From assembly GCA_024644595.1 (NCBI GenBank), contig JAHEHL010000002.1, forward strand, positions 15,741 through 79,740: a stretch of 64,000 bases of DNA. Reading direction: 5' to 3'. A model generated the notes under the pieces. That model did not search any database. It was given only the letters and a program-made list of their open reading frames with translations, and had not been told where the DNA came from. Shown in pieces: positions 30,201 through 40,777 of the stretch (position 1 is its first letter; each line of letters starts with the position of its first letter). Made by a program: the position numbers and the translations under genes. Source of the DNA: Porticoccaceae bacterium. GTDB lineage: Bacteria > Pseudomonadota > Gammaproteobacteria > Pseudomonadales > Porticoccaceae.

Positions 30201-30701
30201 GCCGTCACCGGCTTTGACGAAGCGTGATGCCCACTGGCAACAGCTCTAGTGCCGTTGCTTCGAGGGTTGATTGATGGTTTTATAATCCGGCCCTGACATC
30301 CATACCGAGAGCATCTCACACTCCAAATCGGCGTCGTTTTTCGACCTATCGGGGGCTATAGTCGTGAAGAGATTACGCGTAGTTAACAGTGGGAAAGTTA
30401 TCTGACGCGGCCAACCTATTATCGTTTTTGGACACAGTAAATTGGCGCAGTTAAGCGATAAATAGGAAGCGAGAGATAACGGGCCTCGATGTTACAAAGT
30501 GGAAATCGGGCCCTTGAATAAAGTGCGATGTTTAGACATCGTCGAACTTCTTAGGGATATTTTTTTACAAAAAACAGATTTCCAAAACGTGTTTTTTATA
30601 GAAAAAATCTTGAGTAAATATTATTGGAATTTTCGACTTGTACTCGATGATCATCTAACGGTGGCGATAACAAGAGTGACGATTGGGGATTGGACTTGGA
30701 A

Positions 30702-30745
30702 CAAAAAAATCCCCGGTTGCGTTTGCAATCGGGGATTTTTGATTT
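30702..30745 (-). terminator. Rho-independent terminator of pnp (structurally bidirectional)
   Basis: AATCCCCG-N14-CGGGGATT is flanked by A7 on one side and TTTTGATTTTG on the other. On the minus strand the hairpin is followed by TTTTTTT, about 40 nt after the pnp stop. Confidence 0.75.
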
Positions 30746-30780
30746 TGCTTTAGGATGCTACCCTCAGGTAGCGCCTGAAC

Positions 30781-32934
30781 TTACTCTTCAGACGCTGGCT
30801 CTGCAGGGGCTTCCGCAGCAGGGGCTGTTGCTGTTTCTGGAGCAGTGCCTTCGTCCGCTTGAGCCTCTTTGATGGACAGTTTTACGCGGCCGCGGTTGTC
30901 GATTTCGAGAACTTTAACGCGAACATCCTGACCTTCGCTGAGGTAGTCGGTTACTTTGGCAACACGTTCCTGAGCGATCTGGGAGATGTGTACCAGGCCG
31001 TCTGTGCCGGGCATAAAGTTAACGAAGGCGCCAAACTCAACGATGCGCACGACTTTACCGTCGTAGATTGTGCCTGGCTCTGGGTCGGCAACGATTGCTG
31101 CAATCGCGTCCATGGCAGAGTTGAGGCCGTCGGTGTCTTCGGAGTAGATCTTAACTACGCCATCGTCGGTAATGTCGATGGTGGAGTTGTGCTCTTCACA
31201 GAGTCCTCGGATGGTTGCGCCACCCTTGCCGATCACGTCGCGAATCTTGTCTGAATCGATCTGCATAACACCCATGCGTGGAGCAGTCTCAGCGACTTCT
31301 GCACGGCCTGTAGCGAGAACTTTGTTCATTTCGCCGAGGATATGCAGACGTGCGTGCATGGCTTGCTCGAGGGCAATTTCCATAATTTCTTCGGTGATGC
31401 CTTCGATTTTGATGTCCATCTGCAGTGCAGTCACACCAGCGGCTGTACCAGCTACTTTAAAGTCCATGTCGCCGAGGTGATCTTCGTCGCCGAGGATGTC
31501 GGTGAGTACGGCAAAGCCAGCATCTTCTTTAACCAGACCCATGGCGATGCCTGCAACAGGCGCCTTGAGCGGAACACCCGCGTCCATCAGTGCAAGGCTT
31601 GAACCACAGACTGAGGCCATGGAGCTTGAACCGTTGGATTCGGTGATCTCGGAAACAACACGCATGGCGTATGGGAATTCTTCTGGTGAGGGCAACACGG
31701 CATTGATACCGCGACGTGCCAGACGGCCATGCCCAACTTCACGACGGCTGGTAAAGCCAATGCGACCTGCCTCGCCCACTGAGTAGGGAGGGAAGTTGTA
31801 GTGCAGCATAAAGGGGTCGTCGCGCTTGCCTTCGAGGGCGTCGATCATCTGTGCATCACGGGTTGAACCCAGTGTTGCGGCGACGATGGCTTGGGTTTCG
31901 CCACGGGTGAACAGTGCTGAACCATGAACCTTGGGCAAAATACCTACTTCTACGTCGATGGCGCGAACTGTCTTGGTGTCACGTCCGTCAATGCGTGGCT
32001 CACCACGAATGATGCGGCCGCGAACAATGTGCTTTTCAAGCTTTTTGAAGGCGTCTTTGATGTCTTCAGCTGATGGGCCAGTGTCTGTTGCGAGTTGCTC
32101 GGTGGCGCGATCGCGCAGGGCGTTGACCTTGACGACACGCTCTTGCTTGTCGACAACTTGATAGGCGGCGTCGAGTTCGGCACCAACCAGATCATTGAGC
32201 GCTGTTTTCAGCTCGACATTTTCTTCTTCTGCCTGCCAATCCCAACGTGGCTTGCCGGCTTCTGCCGTCAGCTGTTCGATAACGGTGATGACGGTTTGCA
32301 TTTCCTGGTGAGCAAACAGTACGGCGCCAAGCATGGTGTCTTCCGGCAGTTCGCTGGCTTCAGATTCAACCATCAGCACGGCGTCTTTGGTGCCGGCTAC
32401 AACCATGTCCAGTGATGACTCGGCGAGTTCACTGTAAGTTGGGTTGAGCAGGTAGCCTTGCTCTTCGGTGTAACCGACGCGGGCGCCACCAATTGGGCCG
32501 TTAAATGGAATGCCTGAAATAGACAGTGCAGCAGAGGTGCCAATCATGGCGGCGATATCAGGATCGATATTTTTCTCAGCTGACATAACAGTACAGACAA
32601 CCTGTACTTCGTTTTTAAAGCCGTTGGGGAACAACGGACGGATCGGACGGTCGATCAGGCGCGAGGTAAGGGTCTCTTTTTCATTTGGACGACCTTCGCG
32701 CTTGAAGAATCCACCGGGGATTTTACCCGCTGCGTAGGCTTTTTCGATGTAGTGAACGCCGAGTGGGAAGAAGTCCATTCCCGCTTTTGCTTCGCGTGCA
32801 CCAACCACTGTACAAAGTACTGAGGTGTTGTCGATTGAACAGAGTACTGCACCAGTCGCCTGACGAGCAATGCGGCCAGTTTCGAGCGTGACGGTGTGAT
32901 TACCGTATTGAAACTTTTTAATTAAAGGAGTCAT
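30781..32934 (-). CDS. pnp: Polyribonucleotide nucleotidyltransferase (PNPase)
   Basis: 717-aa ORF with two RNase PH domains, a KH domain, an S1 domain and an acidic C-terminal tail. Lies downstream of rpsO as in most bacteria. Confidence 0.97.
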   Translation of the reverse strand: MTPLIKKFQYGNHTVTLETGRIARQATGAVLCSIDNTSVLCTVVGAREAKAGMDFFPLGVHYIEKAYAAGKIPGGFFKREGRPNEKETLTSRLIDRPIRPLFPNGFKNEVQVVCTVMSAEKNIDPDIAAMIGTSAALSISGIPFNGPIGGARVGYTEEQGYLLNPTYSELAESSLDMVVAGTKDAVLMVESEASELPEDTMLGAVLFAHQEMQTVITVIEQLTAEAGKPRWDWQAEEENVELKTALNDLVGAELDAAYQVVDKQERVVKVNALRDRATEQLATDTGPSAEDIKDAFKKLEKHIVRGRIIRGEPRIDGRDTKTVRAIDVEVGILPKVHGSALFTRGETQAIVAATLGSTRDAQMIDALEGKRDDPFMLHYNFPPYSVGEAGRIGFTSRREVGHGRLARRGINAVLPSPEEFPYAMRVVSEITESNGSSSMASVCGSSLALMDAGVPLKAPVAGIAMGLVKEDAGFAVLTDILGDEDHLGDMDFKVAGTAAGVTALQMDIKIEGITEEIMEIALEQAMHARLHILGEMNKVLATGRAEVAETAPRMGVMQIDSDKIRDVIGKGGATIRGLCEEHNSTIDITDDGVVKIYSEDTDGLNSAMDAIAAIVADPEPGTIYDGKVVRIVEFGAFVNFMPGTDGLVHISQIAQERVAKVTDYLSEGQDVRVKVLEIDNRGRVKLSIKEAQADEGTAPETATAPAAEAPAEPASEE

Positions 32935-32991
32935 TTTATTACCTTGGTATGTTTACCATTTTGCGCCTTCATATTTTTCCAATGTGTGCTG

Positions 32992-33038
32992 CTCGGGTTA
33001 CTCATAAATACCGGCTGGGTATGCATGAGTAACTCGAT
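32992..33038 (-). promoter_or_regulatory. Long imperfect hairpin in the pnp 5' leader (RNase III/autoregulation-type structure)
   Basis: CTCGGGTTACTCAT..ATACC-GGCTG-GGTAT..ATGAGTAACTCGAT forms about 17 paired positions, located 60-100 nt upstream of the pnp start. This position is analogous to the E. coli pnp leader stem. Confidence 0.5.
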
Positions 33039-33095
33039 CAGCGAGATTATGGAAGAATAGTCAGGCAATTAATTGACGTGTTCGTTAACAGCAGT

Positions 33096-33122
33096 GCGGC
33101 TCCACCTTTTGGGGGGAGCCGC
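33096..33122 (-). terminator. rpsO terminator/attenuator hairpin
   Basis: GCGGCTCC-N11-GGAGCCGC lies 12 nt after the rpsO stop. The weak T-tract is consistent with read-through into pnp. Confidence 0.5.
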
Positions 33123-33133
33123 ATCGTGAACAC

Positions 33134-33403
33134 TTATCGACGTAAACCAAGCTTCTTGATTAGCGTGGTATAACGCTGCATGTCTTTGCTCTTTAAGTAA
33201 TCGAGCAACTTGCGACGTTGGTTTACCATGCGAATCAGGCCGCGACGTGAATGATGATCTTTTTTGTGATCGCCAAAGTGGCCCTGGAGCTTGTTGATGT
33301 TTACGGTTAACAGTGCAACCTGTACTTCAGGGGAACCAGTGTCATTTTCACCAGTTCCGTGTTCAGCAACGATTACAGCTTTTTCTTCAGCACTTAATGC
33401 CAT
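33134..33403 (-). CDS. rpsO: 30S ribosomal protein S15
   Basis: ORF 33134..33418 trimmed to [16 protein letters not shown]..., giving 89 aa. Highly conserved sequence ([30 protein letters not shown]). Confidence 0.95.
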   Translation of the reverse strand: MALSAEEKAVIVAEHGTGENDTGSPEVQVALLTVNINKLQGHFGDHKKDHHSRRGLIRMVNQRRKLLDYLKSKDMQRYTTLIKKLGLRR

Positions 33404-33528
33404 TTTCTTACTCTCCAATATGCGATTAAAGGAATTCAGGTCTGTCCGCGCATATTTACAGACAACCTAGTGAGCAAACCTGAGACACTTTGGTTTCAGA
33501 ACCGCTCGAAATTTGGGTCTTGCGGTGA

Positions 33529-34473
33529 TTATTGATTTTCAACAACCAGTCTTTTCGGGGCAGCTTTGCCTTCTTCAGTGACCGTGGCCACACCTAGAAA
33601 TGCGCCGCCTTCGCGAAAGACGCGCACTATATCGCCTTCTTGCCCGTTGCGAAAGGCCTGTGTGGACATTACTGGCTGTCCGAGTTGGAAATATTCGGCT
33701 GTTTGGGGTGACAAGGTTACGGCCATCCGGTCAGCTACGGCGATATCCATGGGCTTTAAAAGCGTGTCCAGCTGTTCCATTCCACCCTCTTCGAGCAATA
33801 CTTCGAGCGCGTCCAAGCTGAGCATATCCTTTTCGTGAAAGGGCCCTGCCAGTGTGCGGTGCAGCGCGCTGACATGGGCACCGCAGCCAAGCAGTTGACC
33901 GAGATCGTCAGCCAGAGAGCGAATATAGGTGCCTTTGCTACAGTGCACTTGCACATCCAGCTCAGCGACGGTGCCGGGGCGGAAATCGAGAATCTGGTAG
34001 TCAAAAATGGTTATGGCACGCGCTTCGCGCTCGACTTCGATGCCTTGGCGAGCAAGTTTGTAGAGCGGCTGTCCATTGTGTTTGAGGGCCGAATACATCG
34101 ATGGGATCTGTTTGATCTCGCCTTTAAAGCATTCTACTGCCTGTTCAATTTTCTGCAGGGTGATAGCCGATGCGTCGATGCGCGAAACTTCGTCGCCGTC
34201 GACATCTCCGCTCTCGGTGCGCACACCAAGACTGAAGGTGCTGCGGTAACCTTTTTCTGCGTCGAGCAAAAATTGGCTGAATTTGGTGGCTTCGCCGAGA
34301 CAGATGGGCAACAGCCCGGTGGCTAATGGATCGAGACTGCCAGTGTGGCCGGCTTTGTTGGCATCGAATAGTCGTCGCACGCGCTGCAGAGCATGGTTGG
34401 AGGAGAGTCCCAGCGGTTTATCGAGCAGGAAAATTCCATTGACCGGGCGGCCCCGGTTGCGACGTCGAGCCAA
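33529..34473 (-). CDS. truB: tRNA pseudouridine(55) synthase
   Basis: 314-aa ORF. GIFLLDKPLGLSS...GHTGSLDPLATGLLPICLGEATK includes the catalytic Asp motif. Confidence 0.95.
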   Translation of the reverse strand: MARRRNRGRPVNGIFLLDKPLGLSSNHALQRVRRLFDANKAGHTGSLDPLATGLLPICLGEATKFSQFLLDAEKGYRSTFSLGVRTESGDVDGDEVSRIDASAITLQKIEQAVECFKGEIKQIPSMYSALKHNGQPLYKLARQGIEVEREARAITIFDYQILDFRPGTVAELDVQVHCSKGTYIRSLADDLGQLLGCGAHVSALHRTLAGPFHEKDMLSLDALEVLLEEGGMEQLDTLLKPMDIAVADRMAVTLSPQTAEYFQLGQPVMSTQAFRNGQEGDIVRVFREGGAFLGVATVTEEGKAAPKRLVVENQ

Positions 34474-34475
34474 AC

Positions 34476-34892
34476 TTACTGTTCCTCGCCACCTGCCTGC
34501 GGGGCATCGTCGTCAGCTGCGGCCTGCGATGCTTTGTCGGCTGACATGGCGCGATCAATGAGTGCCGAGAGGTGCTGACCGCGACGGCCGCTCTCGTCAA
34601 AGATAAAGCTGATCTTGGGAACAATTCGCAACGTGATGCTGGACGCGAGTAGTTTGCGCAGGTAGCCGGAGGCACCATTGAGTGCGTTGATGGCTTCGTC
34701 TATCTGAGACTGGTCGCGCTCATCGACAAACGAGACAAACACTTTGCCATAGGCGAGGTCGCGACTGATCTGCACTTCATTGACATTGACCATGCCGACG
34801 CGCGGGTCGCGGACTTCGCTGCGTATCAGTGCCGCCAACTCCTGTTGTATGGCATCTGATACGCGTTCTGCGCGAGTAAATTCTCTTGGCAT
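34476..34892 (-). CDS. rbfA: Ribosome-binding factor A
   Basis: 138-aa ORF (RAERVSDAIQQELAALI...DPRVGMVNVNEVQISRDLAYGKVFVSF) in the conserved position between infB and truB. Confidence 0.95.
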   Translation of the reverse strand: MPREFTRAERVSDAIQQELAALIRSEVRDPRVGMVNVNEVQISRDLAYGKVFVSFVDERDQSQIDEAINALNGASGYLRKLLASSITLRIVPKISFIFDESGRRGQHLSALIDRAMSADKASQAAADDDAPQAGGEEQ

Positions 34893-34920
34893 AGTGGTAT
34901 GCGCTTATCGTGGTCTGTGC

Positions 34921-37482
34921 TTACAGCGTGCGCTGCACCTGAGTGACGTCGTAGACCTCAATCAGATCGCCGGGTTTGACATCGTTGTAGTCTTTCACGC
35001 CGATACCACATTCCATGCCGTTGCGAACTTCCTGTGCATCGTCTTTGAAGCGACGCAGCGACTCAAGTTCACCCTGATAGATCACCACATTGTCACGCAA
35101 CACACGGATAGGCTTGTTACGGAAAACGGTGCCTTCTGTCACCATACAGCCAGCAATTGCGCCGAACTTCGGCGAACGGAAAACATCGCGAACTTCTGCG
35201 ATACCAACGATTTCTTCGCGAGTTTCCGGTGCCAACATACCAGACAGGGCTTGTTTGACTTCGTCGAGGAGGTTGTAGATTACGCTGTAATAGCGCACTT
35301 CAACCTGTTCTTTTTCAGCCAGCTCGCGCGCGGAACTGCCGGCACGAACATTAAAGCCGAGAATAATCGCACCGGTTGTCAGTGCCAGGTTGATATCAGA
35401 TTCGGTGATACCACCCACACCTGAGGCAACAATATCCACGGCAACTTCAGAGGTGGCAAAGTCATGCAGCGCGGAATTGATGGCTTCTAATGAACCACGC
35501 ACATCGGTTTTGACAATCAGGTTAAGTTTGCTGACCTGCTCGGCGCCCATGTCGGTGAACATATTTTCCAACTTGGCGGCCTGCTGGCGTGACATGCGCT
35601 CTTGACGAGCTTTGGCATGACGCTGCTCAGCAATTTCTTTAGCTTTGCGCTCATCGGCAACAACAAAGAATTCATCGCCGGCGTTGGGGGCTTCGTCGAG
35701 GCCAAGTATTTCTACTGGTATCGATGGGCCCGCTTCTGTCGTTGGCTTTTTGGCTTCGTCGGTCATGGCGCGGATTTTGCCGACACTCTCTCCGGCAAGC
35801 ATAAAGTCGCCTTTGCGGAGTGTGCCTTGCTGAACCAGCGCCGTGGCAACTACACCACGGCCTTTGTCGACGCGTGACTCAACAATGACACCGCGAGCGG
35901 GAACATTGATCGGCGCAGTCAGTTCAAGCAATTCTGACTGCAGCAACACGGCTTCGAGCAGTTCATCGATACCATCACCGGTGTGGGCGGAGACTTTGAC
36001 AAACTGGGTGTCGCCGCCCCACTCTTCAGGGATCACGTCTTTGGCGGCCAGTTCATTGGTGACGCGCTCTGGATCGGCACCCTCTTTGTCCATTTTGTTG
36101 ATCGCGATAACAATCGGAACACCTGCCGCGCGGGCGTGCTGGATCGCTTCTTCCGTCTGCGGCATTACGCCGTCGTCGGCAGCAACAACCAAAATTACCA
36201 CGTCGGTACTCTTTGCTCCGCGTGCGCGCATGGCGGTAAATGCTGCGTGACCAGGGGTATCGAGGAATGTGACCATGCCCTTGGGGGTGTCGACGTGGTA
36301 GGCACCGATATGCTGGGTAATACCACCGGCTTCGCCTGAGGCAACACGGGATTTGCGGATATAGTCCAGCAGCGAGGTTTTGCCGTGGTCAACGTGACCC
36401 ATTACTGTGACAATCGGAGCGCGTGGCTCTTCTGTGCCCTCGCTCTTAATTTCTTCGAACTGCTTGGCCAGCTGATCTTCGATGCTTTCAATCTGCTCTT
36501 CGACGGGCTTGTGACCGAGCTCTTCAACAACCAGGAAGGCAGTTTCTTGATCAATCACTTCGTTGATAGATGCCATCACGCCCATTTTCATCAGCTGCTT
36601 AACCACAGCACCTGACTTGGTGAGCATTCTCTGGGCCAGCTCGCCAACGCTGATTTCTTCAGGAACGGGCACTTCCAGTACTTTCTTTGCAGTCGGCTTC
36701 TGGAAAGTATGCTTGTTATCAATTTTTAGTGGCGCAGGTATGCCTGATCGCAAGCGTGGAACCTTGCTCGCGGCTTCATCCTCTTCAAGCTCAAGGCGGG
36801 TCTTCTTTTTGCCGCCCTTGTTGAGTACTTTTTTGCCTTTTTTGCCGGGCTTGTCATCGTCATCATCAAGCGACTTGCCGTGGCGTCGGCCTTTTTCATG
36901 TACCGGGTCAGCAGCCACTGCAGGCTTGGGCGCTGGGGCCGCCTTGCCAGTACTTTTCGCTTCTTCTGCCTGGACTGCTACGATGGCTTCAGCCGCTTTG
37001 CGGGCTTCTTCATCCGCCTTGGCTTTGGCTTCTTGCTCGCTCTTGGTCTCTTCTTCGGCCTTGCGACGCGCTTCAATAGCCGCCTGACGCTTTAACTCGA
37101 CGTCATCAGTTGAGTAGGAAGAGGTTGCGGCGGCGTCTGTGCGGCGCGCCAGTTCTTCGGCCTCGGCATCAGCCTGAGCTTTAATCTCTTCATCGCTGCG
37201 CTTGATGTATGTGCGCTTTTTACGAACCTCAATATTGACGGTTTTGCGATTGCCCGATTTCAACGTGCTCAGCGTTTTGCGCTGCAAGGTGATTTTTTTC
37301 GGTTCACGCGCACTGTCGCCGTGCAGGCCCTTTAAATAGGCCAGCAGCGTTTGCTTCTCTTCATCAGATACGGGCGCGTCCTCAGACGCATGCGGCAGAC
37401 CTGCCTCTTTCATTTGCATAAGCAAACGATCGACAGATGCGCCTACGGTTTTTGCCAGTTCACTTACTGTAACTTGAGCCAT
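34921..37482 (-). CDS. infB: Translation initiation factor IF-2
   Basis: 853-aa ORF. Lys/Glu/Ala-rich N-terminal region and G domain ([25 protein letters not shown]). Confidence 0.97.
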   Translation of the reverse strand: MAQVTVSELAKTVGASVDRLLMQMKEAGLPHASEDAPVSDEEKQTLLAYLKGLHGDSAREPKKITLQRKTLSTLKSGNRKTVNIEVRKKRTYIKRSDEEIKAQADAEAEELARRTDAAATSSYSTDDVELKRQAAIEARRKAEEETKSEQEAKAKADEEARKAAEAIVAVQAEEAKSTGKAAPAPKPAVAADPVHEKGRRHGKSLDDDDDKPGKKGKKVLNKGGKKKTRLELEEDEAASKVPRLRSGIPAPLKIDNKHTFQKPTAKKVLEVPVPEEISVGELAQRMLTKSGAVVKQLMKMGVMASINEVIDQETAFLVVEELGHKPVEEQIESIEDQLAKQFEEIKSEGTEEPRAPIVTVMGHVDHGKTSLLDYIRKSRVASGEAGGITQHIGAYHVDTPKGMVTFLDTPGHAAFTAMRARGAKSTDVVILVVAADDGVMPQTEEAIQHARAAGVPIVIAINKMDKEGADPERVTNELAAKDVIPEEWGGDTQFVKVSAHTGDGIDELLEAVLLQSELLELTAPINVPARGVIVESRVDKGRGVVATALVQQGTLRKGDFMLAGESVGKIRAMTDEAKKPTTEAGPSIPVEILGLDEAPNAGDEFFVVADERKAKEIAEQRHAKARQERMSRQQAAKLENMFTDMGAEQVSKLNLIVKTDVRGSLEAINSALHDFATSEVAVDIVASGVGGITESDINLALTTGAIILGFNVRAGSSARELAEKEQVEVRYYSVIYNLLDEVKQALSGMLAPETREEIVGIAEVRDVFRSPKFGAIAGCMVTEGTVFRNKPIRVLRDNVVIYQGELESLRRFKDDAQEVRNGMECGIGVKDYNDVKPGDLIEVYDVTQVQRTL

Positions 37483-37510
37483 CGGTTGTCCTCTATTACC
37501 ACCCGATTAA

Positions 37511-39004
37511 TTATTCACCTTGTTCTGCAAACCAAGGTGCCCGCGCAGTCATAATCAATGCCGCTGCGGTCTCTTCATCCATATCGTTTATATCCATCAG
37601 ATCATCAACAGCCTGCTCGGCCAGATCTTCCATGGTGATAATGCCTTTTCCTGCCAGCACAACTGCCAGCGCATCATTCATGCCATCCATTGTCAGCAGG
37701 TCTTCTGCCGGCGCAGCGTTGGCCAGTTGCTCTTCGCTCGCCAATGCCATGGTCAGCAGGGCATCTTTGGCTCGAGCGCGCAGCTCTTCGGCAATGTCTT
37801 CATCAAAACCTTCGATATCGCTCATCTCTTCGAGGGGCACGTAGGCCACTTCTTCAATGCTGGTGAAACCTTCTTCTACCAGCACGATGGCGACGTCTTC
37901 ATCGATATCCAGCGCATTCATGAGACTTTCAACAAAGCTTGAAGACTCTTCCTGCTGTTTTTCCTGAGCCTGATCAAGGGTCATAACATTAATGGTCCAA
38001 CCTGTCAGTTCAGAGGCGAGGCGAACATTCTGACCGCCTTTGCCGATGGCCTGGGCCAGGTTGTCTTCATTGACCGCAACATCCATTGAGTGGCTGTCCT
38101 CGTCAACAACGATCGACTCTACTTCCGCCGGGGCCATGGCATTGATGACCAGCTGTGCCGGGTTGTCATCCCACAGGATAATATCAATGCGCTCGTCGTC
38201 AAGATCTCCTGACACCGCCTGAACACGGGCTCCACGCATACCAACACAGGCACCAACCGGGTCGATGCGGGCATCTTTACTCTTGACTGCTATCTTGGCG
38301 CGTTGGCCTGGGTCGCGAGCGGCGCCTTTAATTTCGATGATGCCCTCTGAAATTTCGGGAACTTCGATTTGGAACAGCTGAATCAACATTTCCGGTGCGG
38401 CGCGCGAAACCAGCAATTGTGGTCCTCTGGTATCGTCGCGAATGCTGGTCAAGATCACGCGAGTGCGATCATTGATGCGGAAAATTTCACGGCCAACAAG
38501 CTCTTCACGGGGCAGCAGACCTTCAGCATTGTCACCAAAATCGACGATAATATGGTCGCGGGTTACTTTCTTGACGGTGCCGTTGAGCAACTCACCAATG
38601 CGGTGACGGAAACGGTTTACAATCAACTCTCGCTCAGCGTCGCGCACTTTTTGCACAATAACTTGCTTGGCAGTCTGGGCGGCGATGCGGCCGAAGGCGA
38701 TATTTTCCACTTGCTCTTCAAAGGTATCACCTACGGTGAGAGTAGGGTCTTGTTCGTGAGCTTCTTCGGTGGTGAACTCAGTACCCAGCTCGGCCAGCTC
38801 ATCGTCGGCAACCACTTGCCACCAACGGAAAGATTGGTAATCACCGGTTTTGCGGTCGATCACAACGCGGATATTGGCACCTTCTTCGTAGCGCTTTTTG
38901 GTCGCTGTGGCCAATGCCTGCTCAATTGCCTGGAAGATAATTTCCCGATCCACACCCTTTTCGTTGGATACGGCTTCAGCAACCATTAAAATTTCTTTAC
39001 TCAT
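37511..39004 (-). CDS. nusA: Transcription termination/antitermination factor NusA
   Basis: 497-aa ORF with S1 and KH domains ([18 protein letters not shown]) and acidic C-terminal repeats. Confidence 0.97.
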   Translation of the reverse strand: MSKEILMVAEAVSNEKGVDREIIFQAIEQALATATKKRYEEGANIRVVIDRKTGDYQSFRWWQVVADDELAELGTEFTTEEAHEQDPTLTVGDTFEEQVENIAFGRIAAQTAKQVIVQKVRDAERELIVNRFRHRIGELLNGTVKKVTRDHIIVDFGDNAEGLLPREELVGREIFRINDRTRVILTSIRDDTRGPQLLVSRAAPEMLIQLFQIEVPEISEGIIEIKGAARDPGQRAKIAVKSKDARIDPVGACVGMRGARVQAVSGDLDDERIDIILWDDNPAQLVINAMAPAEVESIVVDEDSHSMDVAVNEDNLAQAIGKGGQNVRLASELTGWTINVMTLDQAQEKQQEESSSFVESLMNALDIDEDVAIVLVEEGFTSIEEVAYVPLEEMSDIEGFDEDIAEELRARAKDALLTMALASEEQLANAAPAEDLLTMDGMNDALAVVLAGKGIITMEDLAEQAVDDLMDINDMDEETAAALIMTARAPWFAEQGE

Positions 39005-39023
39005 TGTTCAAACCTCACATGCC

Positions 39024-39479
39024 TCAGAATCGCGGCACCACATTTGCCTTGTCAATTCCTTCAATCGGAAACAGATACTCGGTATCTGCCACCACCAAAA
39101 CGATCTCATCTCCATCAATACCGACGAGACGACCTTTAAAATTACGTCTTCCATCATAGGGAAAGCGCAGCTTTAGCGAGATGTCTTCACCGACAAACCG
39201 CTGATATTGGTCAAGCTCGTAAAGCGGCCTGTCCATACCGGGAGAGGATACTTCTAAAACATACTCTCCACTTATTACATCTTCAACATCAAGCACACTG
39301 CTGGACTGTCGGCTGACGCGCTCACAGTCTTCAACACCGATACCCTCTTCGCGGTCAATATAGATGCGCAACACTTTGCGCTTGCCGCCGGTCTGCAATT
39401 CGATGCCCCACAATTCACAACCGAGTGCTTCAATAACGGGCTGCAGCAAGGCTTTTAATGTACTGTCGGCGACAGCCAT
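39024..39479 (-). CDS. rimP: Ribosome maturation factor RimP
   Basis: ORF 39024..39659 trimmed to MAVADSTLKALLQPVIEALGCELWGIELQ, giving 152 aa, with AGGAGA 6 nt upstream. The longer ORF would run through two terminator hairpins. Confidence 0.9.
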   Translation of the reverse strand: MAVADSTLKALLQPVIEALGCELWGIELQTGGKRKVLRIYIDREEGIGVEDCERVSRQSSSVLDVEDVISGEYVLEVSSPGMDRPLYELDQYQRFVGEDISLKLRFPYDGRRNFKGRLVGIDGDEIVLVVADTEYLFPIEGIDKANVVPRF

Positions 39480-39496
39480 AACTTCTCCTGACAAAC

Positions 39497-39524
39497 AAAA
39501 AATGGGCCGCTGGCCCATTTTTTT
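39497..39524 (-). terminator. Hairpin terminator/attenuator immediately upstream of rimP
   Basis: AAAAAA-TGGGCC-GC-TGGCCCA-TTTTTTT. On the minus strand the stem is followed by TTTTTTGTTTG. Confidence 0.6.
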
Positions 39525-39530
39525 ACTGCT

Positions 39531-39554
39531 AAAGAAAAGCCCCAAAATGGGGCT
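39531..39554 (-). terminator. Second hairpin terminator/attenuator downstream of tRNA-fMet
   Basis: The minus strand reads AGCCCC-ATTTT-GGGGCT followed by TTTCTTTAG. It sits in tandem with the 39497-39524 hairpin. Confidence 0.5.
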
Positions 39555-39733
39555 CCTCGATGTGCGCCGGACCCGACGCGAATTTTCCGGTAAAGCCTGT
39601 TGTGCAATGTTCCGCGCAACATCTGCTGCTACTCTGCTGATCTTAGCACAGCCAAACAATTTTGGCCCAATCAGCTAACTTCGTATCGGTATCTTTTTCT
39701 GCCAATTTCGCTACTCTAATGAGTAGGGAAAAT

Positions 39734-39810
<77 letters not shown>

Positions 39811-39858
39811 CCGACACAACGGCTTACTTTAAAACCGCCCTCCCTGGAGAGGACGCGC

Positions 39859-39887
39859 ATTATAGGTAGAGGGCAGTACAAGGTCAA
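39859..39887 (-). promoter_or_regulatory. Sigma70 promoter of the tRNA-fMet/rimP-nusA-infB operon
   Basis: The minus strand reads TTGACC, a 17-nt spacer and TATAAT, followed by the GC-rich discriminator GCGCGTCC. The -10 element lies about 48 nt upstream of the tRNA 5' end. Confidence 0.65.
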
Positions 39888-39913
39888 TAAACTATTGGAA
39901 AACAAACAACTTT

Positions 39914-40711
39914 TTATTTGCGGCTAGCTACGATCAGTTCGTAGGCGGTCTGAATTTCCTGAGTACGCTCGGTGGCAAGCTTAATCATGTCTTCTGGCAT
40001 GCCCTGGCCGATCAGTTTATCGGGGTGGTTTTCACTGATTAATTTTCGATAGGCACGCTTGATTTGCGTGTCTGTCTGACTCGGCTTAACGCCCAACGCC
40101 ATATAGGCGGCCTGCAACCTGTCTGCCGTGGGTGCTCGCTTGAAAGCGCCGCTGCCACCGCCGGTCTGGCGAAATTGAGACTGCGCCATAATCATGGCTA
40201 TCAACTGGTCGAACAGCGCGCCAGAGAAGCCGAGGCGACTGGCAACTTTTCGCAATACGGCCTGCTCTGCTTGATCGAGCTCGCCGTCGGCGACTGCCAG
40301 CGAGATCAGGTAGTTCAGTAGTGTGCGCTTGAGATTATTCTGACGCCCGCAGGTGGCCATAAATTTGTCCATCGTCGGATCAATGGAGAAACCACTCTGT
40401 GAACCCGCCTTGAACAGGGCGATCGCTTTTTTGCGGTGTTCTGCGGTGAGCCCCATTTTGCTCATTAGCGCTTCAGCATGGGAGATCTCAATTTCAGACA
40501 CCCTGCCGTCTGCCTTAGCCAGATGGCCCAACAGACTGAACACCGTGTCAAAGAAGACGCCTCTGACCTCGGCCTGTTGCTGAGCTGACATGGGCCGAAG
40601 TCCGCCCAGCCCCTTGTCAAATTGATGACCGATATAGACACCGATCAGGACGCCTATCGGACCAGCAACCGCCAGACCTATTAAGCCCGCAATGAGTTTT
40701 CCTGCCACCAT
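39914..40711 (-). CDS. djlA: Co-chaperone DjlA (membrane-anchored DnaJ-like protein)
   Basis: 265-aa ORF with an N-terminal TM helix, a TerB-like middle domain and a C-terminal J domain (AYMALGVKPSQTDTQIKRAYRKLISENHPDKL). Confidence 0.9.
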   Translation of the reverse strand: MVAGKLIAGLIGLAVAGPIGVLIGVYIGHQFDKGLGGLRPMSAQQQAEVRGVFFDTVFSLLGHLAKADGRVSEIEISHAEALMSKMGLTAEHRKKAIALFKAGSQSGFSIDPTMDKFMATCGRQNNLKRTLLNYLISLAVADGELDQAEQAVLRKVASRLGFSGALFDQLIAMIMAQSQFRQTGGGSGAFKRAPTADRLQAAYMALGVKPSQTDTQIKRAYRKLISENHPDKLIGQGMPEDMIKLATERTQEIQTAYELIVASRK

Positions 40712-40777
40712 CTTTTCTGCCTTCTATTTAATCGACTAATGATAGGCGCGCATTGTACGGGTTTCCGAGCCGTCGAG

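Noticed and set aside
30499-30753. 84-aa GTG-started ORF in the AT-rich gap downstream of pnp
   Set aside because: It has no RBS and odd composition, and it runs through the pnp terminator hairpin. More likely non-coding, though the region is flagged in the findings.
39024-39659. Long N-terminal extensions suggested by the ORF track for rimP (211 aa), and likewise for rlmE, hisG, folP, mlaC, rpsO, the bactofilin and the mocA-like gene
   Set aside because: The extensions cross terminator hairpins or neighbouring genes and add non-conserved residues. Internal ATGs give canonical N-termini, so the starts were trimmed.
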